Assembly (NCBI GenBank): GCA_964016885.1 | Contig: OZ024748.1 | Span: 44,516,001-44,580,000 of the forward strand | Source: Eledone cirrhosa | Lineage: Eukaryota | Length of the DNA: 64,000 nucleotides | Direction: 5' to 3' | Shown here: piece by piece, positions 1 through 11,817 of the stretch | Layout of the letters: each line of letters starts with the position of its first letter | How positions within the stretch are numbered: the stretch's first letter is position 1 | Program-made: the position numbers and the translations under genes | The notes under the pieces: generated by a model | The model's database searches: none | What the model saw: the letters and a program-made list of their open reading frames with translations, nothing else | Told to the model about the DNA's origin: nothing

Positions 1-117
1 AAACTTCAACCTTAAGACTTTGGTCAACACACACACATGACTATAGGAGAAGGTACTTGCTTAAGGTGCTGAGAAATAGGATCAAAGCCAAAACTATACA
101 GTTGTAATGGGACATAC

Positions 118-195
118 CATTTCCTGATAACGGTCAAAGAGATCTTGCATCAAGTTGTAGGCAGCATCACGGGAGACAAACGACCCAAAGACATA
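118..195 (-). CDS. GRAM-domain protein, exon F (last exon visible; gene continues beyond window start)
   Basis: Minus strand reads ttatttatttcag|TATGTC...GAAATG|gtatgt; 78 bp, phase 0-0. Encodes YVFGSFVSRDAAYNLMQDLFDRYQEM, the C-terminal strand and helix of the GRAM/PH fold (cf. Y-x-F-x-S-x-x-S-R-D in GRAMD proteins). Confidence 0.9.
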
Positions 196-267
196 CTGAA
201 ATAAATAAAAATTTGATTGGTAGGTATCAATAATATAAGAGGAATACATACAAATGTTATGTAAACT

Positions 268-1430
268 GGTAGTGTTGGTATCACGACAAGCACCCAGTCC
301 ACACTGTAAAGTTGTTATGTTGGTATCACGACAAGCACTCAGTCCACACTAAAGTGGTCATGTAGGGTGAGTCGTGTTGGTATCAAGACAACAAGCACCC
401 AGTCCACACTAAAGTGGTTATGTAGGGTGAGTCGTGTTGGTATCAAGACAACAAGCACCCAGTCCACACTAAAGTGGTTATGTAGGGTGAGTCGTGTTGG
501 TATCAAGACAACAAGCACCCAGTCCACACTAAAGTGGTTATGTAGGGTGAGTCGTGTTGGTATCAAGACAACAAGCACCCAGTCCACACTAAAGTGGTTA
601 TGTAGGGTGAGTCGTGTTGGTATCAAGACAACAAGCACCCAGTCCACACTAAAGTGGTCATGTAGGGTGAGTCGTGTTGGTATCAAGACAACAAGCACCC
701 AGTCCACACTAAAGTGGTTATGTAGGGTGAGTCGTGTTGGTATCAAGACAACAAGCACCCAGTCCACACTAAAGTGGTTATGTAGGGTGAGTCGTGTTGG
801 TATCAAGACAACAAGCACTCAGTCCACACTAAAGTGGTTATGTAGGGTGAGTCGTGTTGGTATCAAGACAACAAGCACTCAGTCCACACTAAAGTGGTTA
901 TGTAGGGTGAGTCGTGTTGGTATCAAGACAACAAGCACCCAGTCCACACTAAAGTGGTTATGTAGGGTGAGTCGTGTTGGTATCAAGACAACAAGCACCC
1001 AGTCCACACTAAAGTGGTTATGTAGGGTGAGTCGTGTTGGTATCAAGACAACAAGCACCCAGTCCACACTAAAGTGGTTATGTAGGGTGAGTCGTGGTGG
1101 TATCAAGACAACAAGCACTCAGTCCACACTAAAGTGGTTATGTAGGGTGAGTCGTGTTGGTATCAAGACAACAAGCACCCAGTCCACACTAAAGTGGTTA
1201 TGTAGGGTGAGTCGTGTTGGTATCAAGACAACAAGCACCCAGTACACACTGTAAAATTGTTATGTAGGTGTCATGACAAAAAACTCCTAGTCCACACTGT
1301 AAAGTGGTCATGTAGGTGTCACGACAAAAAACACCCAGTCCACTGTAAAGTGGTCGTGGACGTGTCACGACAAAAAACACCCAGTCCACACTGTAAAGTG
1401 GTCGTGTAGGTGTTACGACAAAAAGCACCT
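268..1430. repeat. 60-bp minisatellite (about 15 near-identical units) with flanking ~48-bp degenerate units, SINE-derived
   Basis: Unit tgtagggtgagtcgtgttggtatcaagacaacaagcacccagtccacactaaagtggtta repeats line by line from 361 to 1240. The core aagcacccagtccacact..aaagtggt matches the SINE middle segment (e.g. 57770-57800). Confidence 0.95.
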
Positions 1431-1662
1431 ACATGATACCTACACAAACACTTTACAGTGTGGACTGGGTGCCTACATACAGCCCTCCCACTCACCACCA
1501 CAGCCAACACCACCCCCATCACCAAGCCAAGATCCAACCATTTAAGCTGGCGTCTTACCATCTGTGTTATGTGAAGAAAAAAAAACAAAACGTTTTTAGT
1601 TTGAATCAAAGACAATTATGTTGGTAATAATAGGTACAACTAGGTGAGTGTATATATATATT

Positions 1663-1697
<35 letters not shown>

Positions 1698-1711
1698 TTA
1701 TATATATATAT

Positions 1712-2055
1712 CATTTCATTTTTTTTTTTCATTTTACGTCCACTTTTTCCCTGCTTGCAAGGGTGGGACAGGAACTGATTCTGGCTTGATTTCTACAGCT
1801 GGATGCCCTTCCTAACACCAACCTCATTTACAGTGAGTGCTGGGGGCTTTTTTGCCGTGGCACCTCCACGACCACTTTGCAGTGGAATGATAGGGACCGC
1901 AGTCCCTATCATCTCATTTCTACAGCTGATTAAACTGGAGCAATGTGAAATAAAGTGTCTTGCTCAAGGAAACAACACATCACCCGGTCCGAGGATTGAA
2001 CTCACAACCTTTCGATTGCAAGGCCAATGCTCTAACCACTAAGCCATGTGCCTCC
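1712..2055 (-). mobile_element. tRNA-derived SINE with RTE-derived middle and tail (family A)
   Basis: Minus strand has ggaggcacaTGGCTTAGTGGttagagc (A box), gaGTTCAATCC (B box), aggaagggcatccagctgtagaaa and cccacccttgcaagcagggaaaa. Nearly identical to 49246-49587. Confidence 0.9.
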
Positions 2056-2106
<51 letters not shown>

Positions 2107-2693
2107 GTGAAAAAATGGGGAGAAGAATATATATATGTGTGTATATATATATATATATACACACACATATACACGACAACGACCAGCACCAGCAGCAGCG
2201 TCTGTGTTGAATGTGTGTGTATGTATGTATTTATATATATGCGACTACAATAACAGCAACAGCACCATTGTCTGCAGCATCAGTGAAATGAAGAACAACA
2301 ACAACGGTGGCGGCAGCAGCAACAACAACAGCAACTACAATAACAACAGCAACAACAACTGCCACCACCATCACTGACACTATCCACCACCATCACCACC
2401 ACCATTCACCACCGCCACCACCATTACCAGCGTAAAGCAAACAATTATTATTATTATTATATATAACTGAACTGGACTGGGAAAAGTCAACAGTTGACAT
2501 GATTTTGATTTTGTATCAGTACTGCCGGTAATATATATATATATATATATATGTGTGTGTTTGTATGCATGAATGAGTGTTGGTGTGCGAGTGGCGTGTG
2601 TGTTTGTGGTTTGTATGCATGAGTGTTGGTGTGTGAGTGTGTGTGTGTGCGCGTGTCGTGTCAATAAGTGTTTTTTTTTTTTTTTTTTTTTTA

Positions 2694-5600
2694 ATGACCA
2701 TGCTGTAAAATGGAGGGGTAGAGAGGGCCCTTGAGTCTAGTAAGACATCCTCTCTAGTGCTGCTGGCACAAATAAAAGCACCCAGTCCTTGCTGTAAAGT
2801 GGCGCTCATGTTAGGAAGGGCATCGAACCAGTGTATCAATGCCAAAACGCTTATCAGCACAGCAACAAATAGGAACAACAACAACAAAGTATGAAAACGT
2901 CGCATCTCAGAGTTGCAACACTTAATGTTGGCACTCTCAGAGGTAGATCTGCTGAAATAGCGGAGATGCTGGAGAGAAGGCAGGTGGATGTGTGCTGCGT
3001 GCAAGAGGTGAGATGGAGAGGTGCCTCTGCGAGACTAGTTGTAGGCAAACGTCTTAGCTATAAGCTTTTCTGGGTAGGTAAGGATAATGGGTTAGGGGGA
3101 GTAGGCATTTTCCTGGCTGAGAGATGGATCAATAGGACAATAGAGGTAGTTCGAGTTAGTAATCGAATAATTAAGCTTAGATTAGTTGTAGGCAGGAGAC
3201 TACTGACAATCATCTCTGCCTATGCTCCCCAAGCAGGCCTAGGCAAAGAAGAGAAAGGCTGCTTTTACGAGCAACTTTACAAACAGCTGCAATGACAGAG
3301 GACAGAGACATCGTTATGCTAGTAGGAGACTTCAATGGTCATGTTGGACAGCTCCAGGATGGTTACACTGGGGTACATGGTGGGTACGGTTACGGCTCAA
3401 GAAATGAAGAAGGAGACTTCTTGAATTTTGTGATGCAGGTACACTGACTATTTGCAGCACAAACTTCCAGACACCTGCCAATCACCTAATAACCTATAAA
3501 TTTGGCGAGCACATAAGCCAGATTGACTTCTTACTAGATAGGCAGCGGGACAGGCAGATAGTGTCTAATACCAAGGCATACCCTGGGGAAGAATGTACTC
3601 CACAGCATAGGTTAGTCGTTAGTGATATCTCAGTAAGCAAGAGATGGAATGAGACATACAGGAAGGTGTGGAGAAGAAAGGTCTGGAAGCTAAAAGACCT
3701 TTCACTAAAATACAAATTTAGGAAAGCCCTTCAAGATGTATATGATGAAAAAGAAGACGATTTAGAGACGTATGACATAGATAATAACTGGAATTTCTTA
3801 CGTGACAACTTACTGCAGACTACTGATGAAACTTGTGGCTGGAGCAGAGCTCCAACCAGACAGATAGTGACCTGGTGGTGGAACAGCACAGTAGATAAGG
3901 CCATTGGAGACAAAAGACTAGCATGGAAGGCTTAGAAAATGGGTGGGAGTAGGGAAGAATATACAGCCGCTAAGAGAGAAGCTAGACGTCAGGTGTACTT
4001 AGCACGCAGGGAGGCGGAAAGTAGGAGGTTTGCCAATGTTCTTTGACGGGAAGATCAGAGGCGTGCGGTGTTCCACATTGCAAGGCAGTGTGTCAATGCA
4101 AATCAGGATGTTGTTGGAGATAAATGTGTCCGGGATGATGCCGGTGTACTTAGTGTCACGAATGATCAGAAAAAGGAGGCCTGGAAATATCATTATGAGA
4201 GACTGATGAATGTGGAGAACGATTGGGAGAGAGAGAAATTACCCTTAGTAGATCCGACAGAGGGACCAGCTATTGAGATTGATGAATATAGGGTCCAAGA
4301 GGCGATTAAGGAAATGAAAAATGGTAAGGCTGCTGGACCATCGGGAATAGTTGCTGAGATGCTGAAGGCATCAGGGGACGTAGGCACTAAACTGGTTGCA
4401 CGCATCATCAATCAGGCTATATATGGTAGTGTCATACCCAAAGACTGGTGCAGCAGTATTCGCATAAATTGCTACAAAAGTAAAGGGGATGCTCTGGAGA
4501 GGAGCAATTATAGGAGTATAAAACTGATGGATCAGGTTATGAAAGTGACAGAAAGGATATTAGCACAACTAATTAGAGAAAGGGTCAAACTAGATGAGAT
4601 GCAGTTTGGTTTTGTGCCTGGGAAGAGTACAACAGATGCCCTCTTCTTGGTGAGACAATTGCAAGAGAGGTTCTTAGAGAAAAATAAGGCACTGTACTTA
4701 GCCTTTGTTGACCTAGAGAAGGCCTTTGATAGGGTACCCCGATCTGTCATCTGGTGGTCCCTAAGGAAGCTAGGTGTTGAGGAATGGCTTGTGAGGACAG
4801 TGCAAACTTTGTACAGAGATACTCTCATTAAAGTCAGGGTAGGAATGGAGTTTAGTGAGGAATTCCAGATACAAGTAGGAGTACATCAAGGTTCGGTCCT
4901 CAGCCCGCTCTTGTTCATTATAGTCCTCCAAGCCACAACAGAGGAGTTTAAGACTGGCTGTCCATGGGAACTTCTCTATGCTGATGATCTGGTTCTTATA
5001 GCAGAATCAGTAGAGGAGCTAGAGAATATGGAAACAGCAGTTGGAAGCAAGAGGACTGAGAGTGAACCTAGCTAAGACAAAAGTGTTGATGAGTAGAAAA
5101 GAGGACAAAACTCTGATTCCATCAGGGAAATGGCCATGTTCGATATGCAGAAAAGGAACTGGCATAAATTCTATAAAATGCACACAATGCAGATCCTGGG
5201 TACACAAGAGATGTAGCGGGATAGCAGGCAAACTAACAGGTAGGGAGAAATATGTATGCAGTAGATGTACAGGGAAATTAGACAGTAGAAGTCGCATTGA
5301 TAGACACATTTTTCAAATGCAGGAGGGCGCTATAGAAGTGGTGGATAGCTTCCGGTACCTAGGAGATCAGATTAGCATGAGAGGAGGGCATTCCGAGGCC
5401 ATAGTATCTAGAAAAAGGACGGGTTGGAAGAAGTTTAGGGAGCTGTTTCCTCTACTGACGAAGAAGGGTTTCTCCCTGCGTACGAAAGGCCAGTTGTATG
5501 ATGCCTGTGTGAGGAGCGTGATGCTGCATGGTAGTGAGACATGGGCAGCAACTGCAGAGGATATGCAACGGCTGGAGAGAAATGAGGCAAGCATGCTCCG

Positions 5601-5936
5601 TTGGATGTGCAGTGTAAATGTGCGTGAACGACCCAGCATGAATGTGTTGAGAGAGAAACTGTGTCTGAGAGGGATAGAATGTAGTGTACGGGAAAGGAGA
5701 CTGAGGTGGTATGGACATGTGATGCGCATGGAGGATGACCGATGGGTGAAGAAGTGCCAGGAAATGCCAGTTGAAGGAAGACGTGGTAGAGGTAGACCAC
5801 AAAAAACATGGGCGGAGGTGGTGAGAACAGACCTCAGATCGTTGAAGCTCACGGTGGAGATGACGAAGGACCGTGACGAGTGGAGAGATGCTGTGCTGAA
5901 TAAGACCCGCCCCACCCTTGCAAGCAGGGAAAAGCA
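2694..5936 (+). mobile_element. RTE-clade non-LTR retrotransposon, near full length, decayed (APE endonuclease + RT + PHD finger)
   Basis: APE motifs TLNVGTL, CVQEVRW, SAYAPQ, GDFNGHVG (2891-3600). RT motifs NYRSIKLM, QFGFVPGKSTTDA, FVDLEKAFDRV, GVHQGSVLSPLLF, LLYADDLV (4068-5030). RTE C-terminus RRLRWYGHVMRM...GRGRPQKTW. Interrupted by stops (3933, 4046) and frameshifts (~3290, ~5030). Confidence 0.95.
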
Positions 5937-8027
5937 TGGGAGGTCGGGTACTCTGTATTACTGCGTGACACCAGAGGTCACGGTCATGTGTCATCGCCTT
6001 TGAGAGGTGTAATTGGGTAAGGTCGGCTTTTATCACCTCATCCCAGGTCATCTTGGGTCTCCCCACTCAGCGGTTTCCATTGACTTCTAGTGCTCTGCAC
6101 CTTTTTATGCAACTGTCATCCTTCATATGCATCACATATCCATACCAATGCAACCGCCTCTCCTGCACACAGCATTTGATTCCTCTTATGCTCAGTCTCT
6201 CTCTCAATTCATTTATGCTTTGTCGTTCGCATATATTACTATTACACATCCATCGGAGCATGCAGGCTTCGTTTCTCTCTAATCTACGTAAGTCTTCCAC
6301 CTTCACCGCCCAGGTCTCACTACCATGCAACATCGCCGTTCGGATACACGCATCATACAGTCTGCCTTTCATTTTGAGGGAGAAGCCTTTTGCAGCTAGC
6401 AGTGGTAGTAGTTCCCTAAACTTCTTCCATCCCGTTCTTACCCTAGTTATTGTACTTTCTGAACACCCACCTCCGTTGCTAATTCGGTCACCTAGGTAGC
6501 AGAAGCTGTCTACTGTTTCTACAGAGCCCTCCCAGAGATTAGTGGTACTTGTTTTCTGTGGCTGTTTGCTGGTTGCTGTCCCAGCACAGCTGCTGCATGT
6601 GAAGCCTACATTCTTAATTAAGCTTCCTGAGATCCCGCTACATCTCTTGTGTACCCATTGTTTGCATTTGGGGCAGAGAATGGAGTTCCTACCTACACCT
6701 TTCCTACATACTGAGCAAGGCCATTTGCCTGAGGGGATCTGGGTTCTGTCTTCTCGTCTACTTACAAGGACCTTAGTCTTTGTCATGTTGACTTTGAGAC
6801 CCTTTCTTTCTAGTCCCTGCTTCCAGGTTTGGAATTTATTCTCTAGTTCTACCATAGATTCAGCTATGAGTGTGAGGTCATCAGCATACAGGAGTTCCCA
6901 TGGGCATCCGGTCTTAAACTCCCCCGTTATTGCCTGCAGGACTATGATGAACAGGAGGGGGCTAAGAACAGAGCCCTGGTGGACCCCAACCTGTACGCTA
7001 AATTCCTCGCTATACTCATTGCTAATCCTAACTTTGCTGACTGCTCCCCTATACATAGCTTGTACCGCTTTCACAAGCCATTCATCTACTCCTAGTTTTC
7101 TAAGAGCCCACCAGATTACAGCACGTGGAACTCTGTCAAAGGCTTTCTGCCAGGTAGAGTGGCTTACTTTTAGCTAGGTACTTTTCCTGTAACTGCCTCA
7201 CAAGGAAGAGGGTATCAGTGGTGCCTCTTCCTGGTACAAACCCAAATTGCATCTCATCTAGTTTCACCCGGTCCCTAATCAACTGTGCTATAACTCTTTC
7301 TGTTACTTTCATGACCTGGTCCATCAGCTTTATACCTCTATAGTTTCCTCTATCTAGTGCATCACCTTTACCTTTGTAGCAGTTGACAATGATGCTACTG
7401 CACCAATCTTTTGGTATGACATCTTCTAGTATTACCTGGTTAACAATACGTGTGGTTATAGTGTGACCTACAGACCCAGATGCCCTCAGCATCTCGGCAG
7501 CTATACCCGATGGACCTTCCCCATCTTCATATCTTTGATTGCCTTACTTACTACGCTGCTGCTGACTTGTACTGCTGGCCCCTCTATAGGGTCTACTTGG
7601 GGTAGGGTTTCTTCTTCCCATGCATTCTCCTCATTTAGTTATCTATCATAATGACTCTTCCATGTATCTTTCTTCTCAGCACTTGTGAGAGGAAGCTCAC
7701 CTTTATCATTCCGGATACACTTCTCTCCAATGACATCACAATTCTCTCTGACACACTGCCTCGCAATCTTGAACACCTCCTGTTTCTGGTCCTCACGTTG
7801 CAAAACATGCTTGAATTTTCTATCCTCTGCTTCCCTCCTAGCTAAGTATACTTGTCGCCTAGCTTCCCTCTTGGTGTCTATGTAATGTACTCTGCTCCCC
7901 CTGTTCTTCCATTCTTTCCATGCCTGTCTCTTGGCCTTAACTGCCTCATCTACCTTATTGTTCCACCACCAAGTCACTCTCCTCCTGCTTGAGGTCTTAC
8001 TCCAGCCACAGACCTCATCCGTCGCCT
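5934..8027 (-). mobile_element. Second RTE-clade element (related subfamily), 5'-truncated, decayed, inverted relative to the first
   Basis: Minus-strand ORFs 7639-7977, 7136-7492 and 6067-7074 give TWWWN, NYRGIKLMDQ, QFGFVPGRGTTD, GVHQGSVLSPLLF, LLYADDL, the PHD-like CSVC...CPKC...HKRC...CSSC, and RRLHWYGYVMHM. Confidence 0.95.
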
Positions 8028-8034
8028 CTATCTC

Positions 8035-8067
<33 letters not shown>

Positions 8068-8790
8068 ATGTGTGTATGTATGTATATATATCTATGTATA
8101 TGTGTATTAGTGTATGTATGTGTGTGTGTGTGTGTATGTATATATATATATATGTGTGTGTGTATGTATGTATGTATATATGTATGTATATATATCTATG
8201 TGTATGAGTATGTATGTGTGCGTGTGTATATATATATATATATACAGAAGAGATGACCCCTTAGCTTTTGTCAAGGCAGAATTCTAGGAGAAGGAAAACT
8301 CTGATATAACACCTGCAACTCTGATGGTATCCAATGATGTTGACTTGTTCTTCTTTTTGGTAAATATCATCCTGGTTAAGAGAGTGGGACTGGCTTTGTG
8401 CAGTGCCTTTGCTCACTATAAAAGCTTCACGGCACAGGCATTGCTTTATATCTGGAGATCTCTCTGCACTTGTCGTCACATGGTACCATGGGCCCAGCAC
8501 TATGTGTCAATAATTGTCACAAGTGTAGTGTTTGTACCAGAATTTTCAAGTCGTGGGCTGGACTAAAATGTCACACTCGTTCAGCGCTTCGGTAGGGGTT
8601 CTCCTACATGGATATAAAGTAGTGGCCGTACTCGAAAATGAGTTGGCAGCCACCATGTATGTATATATATATATAAATATACACACACAGCAAGTTATTT
8701 TGGTCACACATCACTTCACAATGATGTTTTGGTGGTGGTTGTGTTAATGATGGTGATAGTGGGAGGGAAAGCGTGATACACACACACACG

Positions 8791-8833
<43 letters not shown>

Positions 8834-8864
8834 GTATATATATATATATATACACACACACACG

Positions 8865-8896
<32 letters not shown>

Positions 8897-9492
8897 CACA
8901 CACACACGTATATATATATATAAATATATATATACACGCACCAAGTTATGTTAGTCACAGACACACACACACAGCAAGTTCTGTTGGTCACACACACACA
9001 CACACCAAGTTATGTTGGTCACACACACGCACACACACACACAGCAAGTTATGTTGGTCACACACACACACACACACACAGCAAGTTATGTTGGTCACAC
9101 TTCACTTAACACTAATGTCTTGTAACTTACTTTCAGTTCAGCTTAAAATAGCAGCCAAGTGGCTCCATCTGCAGTACTCATTCAATACGTTTGCTGCCTC
9201 TGTGTGTGTGTGTCTCTGCTACCTGTATGTGTGTGTGTGTCTCTGCTACCTGTCTGTGTGTGTGTCTCTCTGCTACCTGTGTATGTGTGTGTGTCTGCAT
9301 TTAGTGCATGTGTCAATGTGTCAATGTGTGTGTATGTGTGTGTGTGTGTTGTGTCTCTCTCTGCATATGTGTGTGCACATATATATAATCATGGCATTAA
9401 GCCTATTACCAAGTGTATATATATGTGTATGGGTATGTGTGTATGGGTATATACGCGTGTGTGTGTGTATATATATATGTGTGTGTGTATGA

Positions 9493-9537
<45 letters not shown>

Positions 9538-9542
9538 TTTGT

Positions 9543-9660
9543 GATGGTGCATGGTTGAGTGGTAAGAGAATTGGATTCACAATCATGAGATTGTGAGTTT
9601 GATTCCCGGACTTGGCAATGCGTTGTCCTTGTGCAAGACACTTTATTTCACATTGCCCTT
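9543..9660 (+). mobile_element. Truncated tRNA-derived SINE head
   Basis: TGGTTGAGTGG (A box) and GAGTTTGATTCC (B-box-like), followed by gttgtccttgtgcaagacactttatttcacattgc, which is shared with SINE family A. Confidence 0.7.
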
Positions 9661-9745
9661 ACCTGCAGTTGCGACTGATAGATAGCATTAGTAATTGGAA
9701 GTCGAGCGACAGTCGATATACATATATATTTATACGTATATGTAT

Positions 9746-9784
<39 letters not shown>

Positions 9785-9818
9785 ACATTAGTTTCAAACA
9801 GTGGACTTGTATTCTTAC

Positions 9819-9914
9819 CTTCTCTGATGCTGTTTGTACCCCGATGGCATTTGGAATGATAAATGCTGTTTTCTCTTTAGTTACACTATGAACATTGTCA
9901 AGAGGGATTTCAAT
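9819..9914 (-). CDS. GRAM-domain protein, exon E
   Basis: catttctttcag|ATTGAA...GAGAAG|gtaaga; 96 bp, phase 0-0. Encodes IEIPLDNVHSVTKEKTAFIIPNAIGVQTASEK, which carries the K-x-KTA-x-x-x-PNAI GRAM signature. Confidence 0.95.
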
Positions 9915-9924
9915 CTGAAAGAAA

Positions 9925-10545
9925 TGGCAGCAGTTATAACTGTTATATAGGACTATCTTAAAGATATGACAGCAGTTTAACTGTTATATAAGACTATCTA
10001 AAAGATGTGATAGCAGTTATAACTTATATAGGACTATCTTAAAGATATGACAGCAGTTATAACTGTTACGTAGGACTATCTTAAAAATATGACAGCAGTT
10101 TAATTGTTATATAAGACTATCTTAAAGATATGACAGCAGTTATAACTGTTATATAAGACTATCTTAAAGATATGACAGCAGTTAAACTGTTATATAAGAC
10201 TATCTTAAAAATATGACAGCAGTTATAACTGTTATATAAGACTATCTTAAAGATATGACAGCAGTTATAACCATTATATAGGACTATCTTAAAAATATGA
10301 CAGCAGTTTAACTGTTATATAAGACTATCTTAAAGATATGACAGCAGTTAAACTGTTATATAAGACTATCTTAAAAATATGACAGCAGTTATAACTGTTA
10401 TATAGGACTATCTTAAAGATATGACAGCAGTTATAACCATTATATAGGACTATCTTAAAAATATGACAGCAGTTTAACTGTTATATAAGACTATCTTAAA
10501 GATATGACAGCAGTTATAACTGTTATATAAGACTATCTTAAAAAT
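9925..10545. repeat. ~42-bp minisatellite (~15 units) abutting the exon E acceptor
   Basis: Unit gactatcttaaagatatgacagcagttataactgttatataa, containing the palindrome cagttataactg. Confidence 0.9.
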
Positions 10546-10991
10546 ACACATGGTTAGGACTAATTTAAAGACTCACATGGTTAAGACTACATTAAAGAGA
10601 CACATGGTTAAGACTATCTTAAAGTCACACATAGCTCAAACATGATAGACACATTATATATATATATATGTAGCAATATCTGTAGGTCATCATCATCATC
10701 ATTGTTTAAATATTGAATCAAGAAGAGAGCAGAACTATTATATTATATTATTTATGTTCACACATGGAACAAATGTGCTACTCAAGGTTTCAAGGTCTTC
10801 TTGTTTTCTGGAGGGATGGTCAAATTTGGACCTTGTAAACTTCGGCAGTATTTCTGTTGTTCTGTTCTGTGTATGAACATAAATAAATGATATATATATA
10901 TATTATATAATTTATTTATGACTATCCAGCGAATTTCCGATCGTTAAGGTTGATTTTCATGGGTATGTTGTTATTTATAAAACAAATTTTG

Positions 10992-11056
10992 TATTTTATC
11001 TGATGAAAGCGCACCAAGATTGGCTTGGTCGCCCTCGAAATATATATAATAAAATA
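10992..11056 (+). ncRNA. Minimal type-I hammerhead ribozyme motif (Penelope-like element type)
   Basis: tattttat-CTGATGA-aagcgcaccaag(attgg)cttggtcgccctc-GAA-ATATATAT-A-ataaaata. Perfect 8-bp stem I, imperfect stem II, palindromic stem III, AUA cleavage triplet. Confidence 0.65.
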
Positions 11057-11097
11057 AATATGGTTTTATAAATATAGTTTCCATTTATTAATATCTT

Positions 11098-11159
<62 letters not shown>

Positions 11160-11255
11160 GGAGGTGAGTTTTATTGTAGCACAATAAAGCAATGCAAATA
11201 TCGGATAAGTAGCACTCAACAGTTTATAGGACTGGAGTATAAATAATATAAAATA

Positions 11256-11559
11256 AAAAGATGGTTAAAAGAGTTCCATGTATTTTATTATGCGCATATC
11301 AAAAACAAATATCATCATGGGATGATATTTGCGTTCTCATCAGATAAAATAGGGAGACATGATATGAAGCTTAAAAAACACTTGCGAGCAGTGAAGTGTT
11401 GTTTATGTTGATTTAACACTTCACTGCTCGCAAGTGTTTTTTAAGCTTCATATCATGTCTCCCTATTTTATCTGATGAGAACGCAAATATCATCCCATGA
11501 TGATATTTGTTTTTGAAATGCGCATAATAAAATACATGGAACTCTTTTAACCATCTTTT
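11256..11559. repeat. Long inverted repeat: 145-bp arms (11256-11400 / 11415-11559), 14-bp spacer, one mismatch
   Basis: Arms compared by eye are identical except at 11298 versus 11517. An inverted terminal piece containing a hammerhead is typical of Penelope-like element remnants (inference). Confidence 0.95.
11464..11534 (+). ncRNA. Minimal type-I hammerhead ribozyme motif, intact core
   Basis: tattttat-CTGATGA-gaacgcaaatatcatc(ccat)gatgatatttgttttt-GAA-ATGCGCAT-A-ataaaata. Stem I is 8 bp, stem II has 11 perfect bp plus G-U pairs, stem III is the palindrome ATGCGCAT, cleavage triplet AUA. Confidence 0.8.
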
Positions 11560-11817
11560 GATTATATATATATATATATATATAGTAAAAGAGTTGGGAC
11601 CCTGATGGCTGAGCTCTACTACCCTAAATATTGAGTACTCTGGTGTGCTATGGTCCACCTGGTATCTTACCACACCCTCTTTCTTATATATTTATATATA
11701 TATATCACCATTATTTAACATGAGCTTTTCCTGTTTGCAAAGGTTGGACATATATGTGTGTGTGTGTGTGTGTGTGTATAAAAGTGATGATGATGATGAT
11801 ATATATGTGTTACTTAC

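Noticed and set aside
301-1260. Regular 60-bp periodicity resembling a CRISPR array, and its 295-aa ORF
   Set aside because: Whole units are identical with no unique spacers, there are no cas genes, and the context is eukaryotic. The ORF arises from a stop-free unit whose length is a multiple of 3.
2710-2830. HDV-like or twister ribozyme in the RTE 5' UTR
   Set aside because: Hairpins are visible (tagagagg/cctctcta, gtct/agac, gtgc/gcac), but I could not fit the pseudoknots or catalytic residues by eye. It needs an Infernal search.
8030-9540. Many short ORFs in (TA)n/(CA)n/(TG)n tracts here and at 45540-46270, 47500-48345 and 61400-62150
   Set aside because: These are dinucleotide microsatellite translations.
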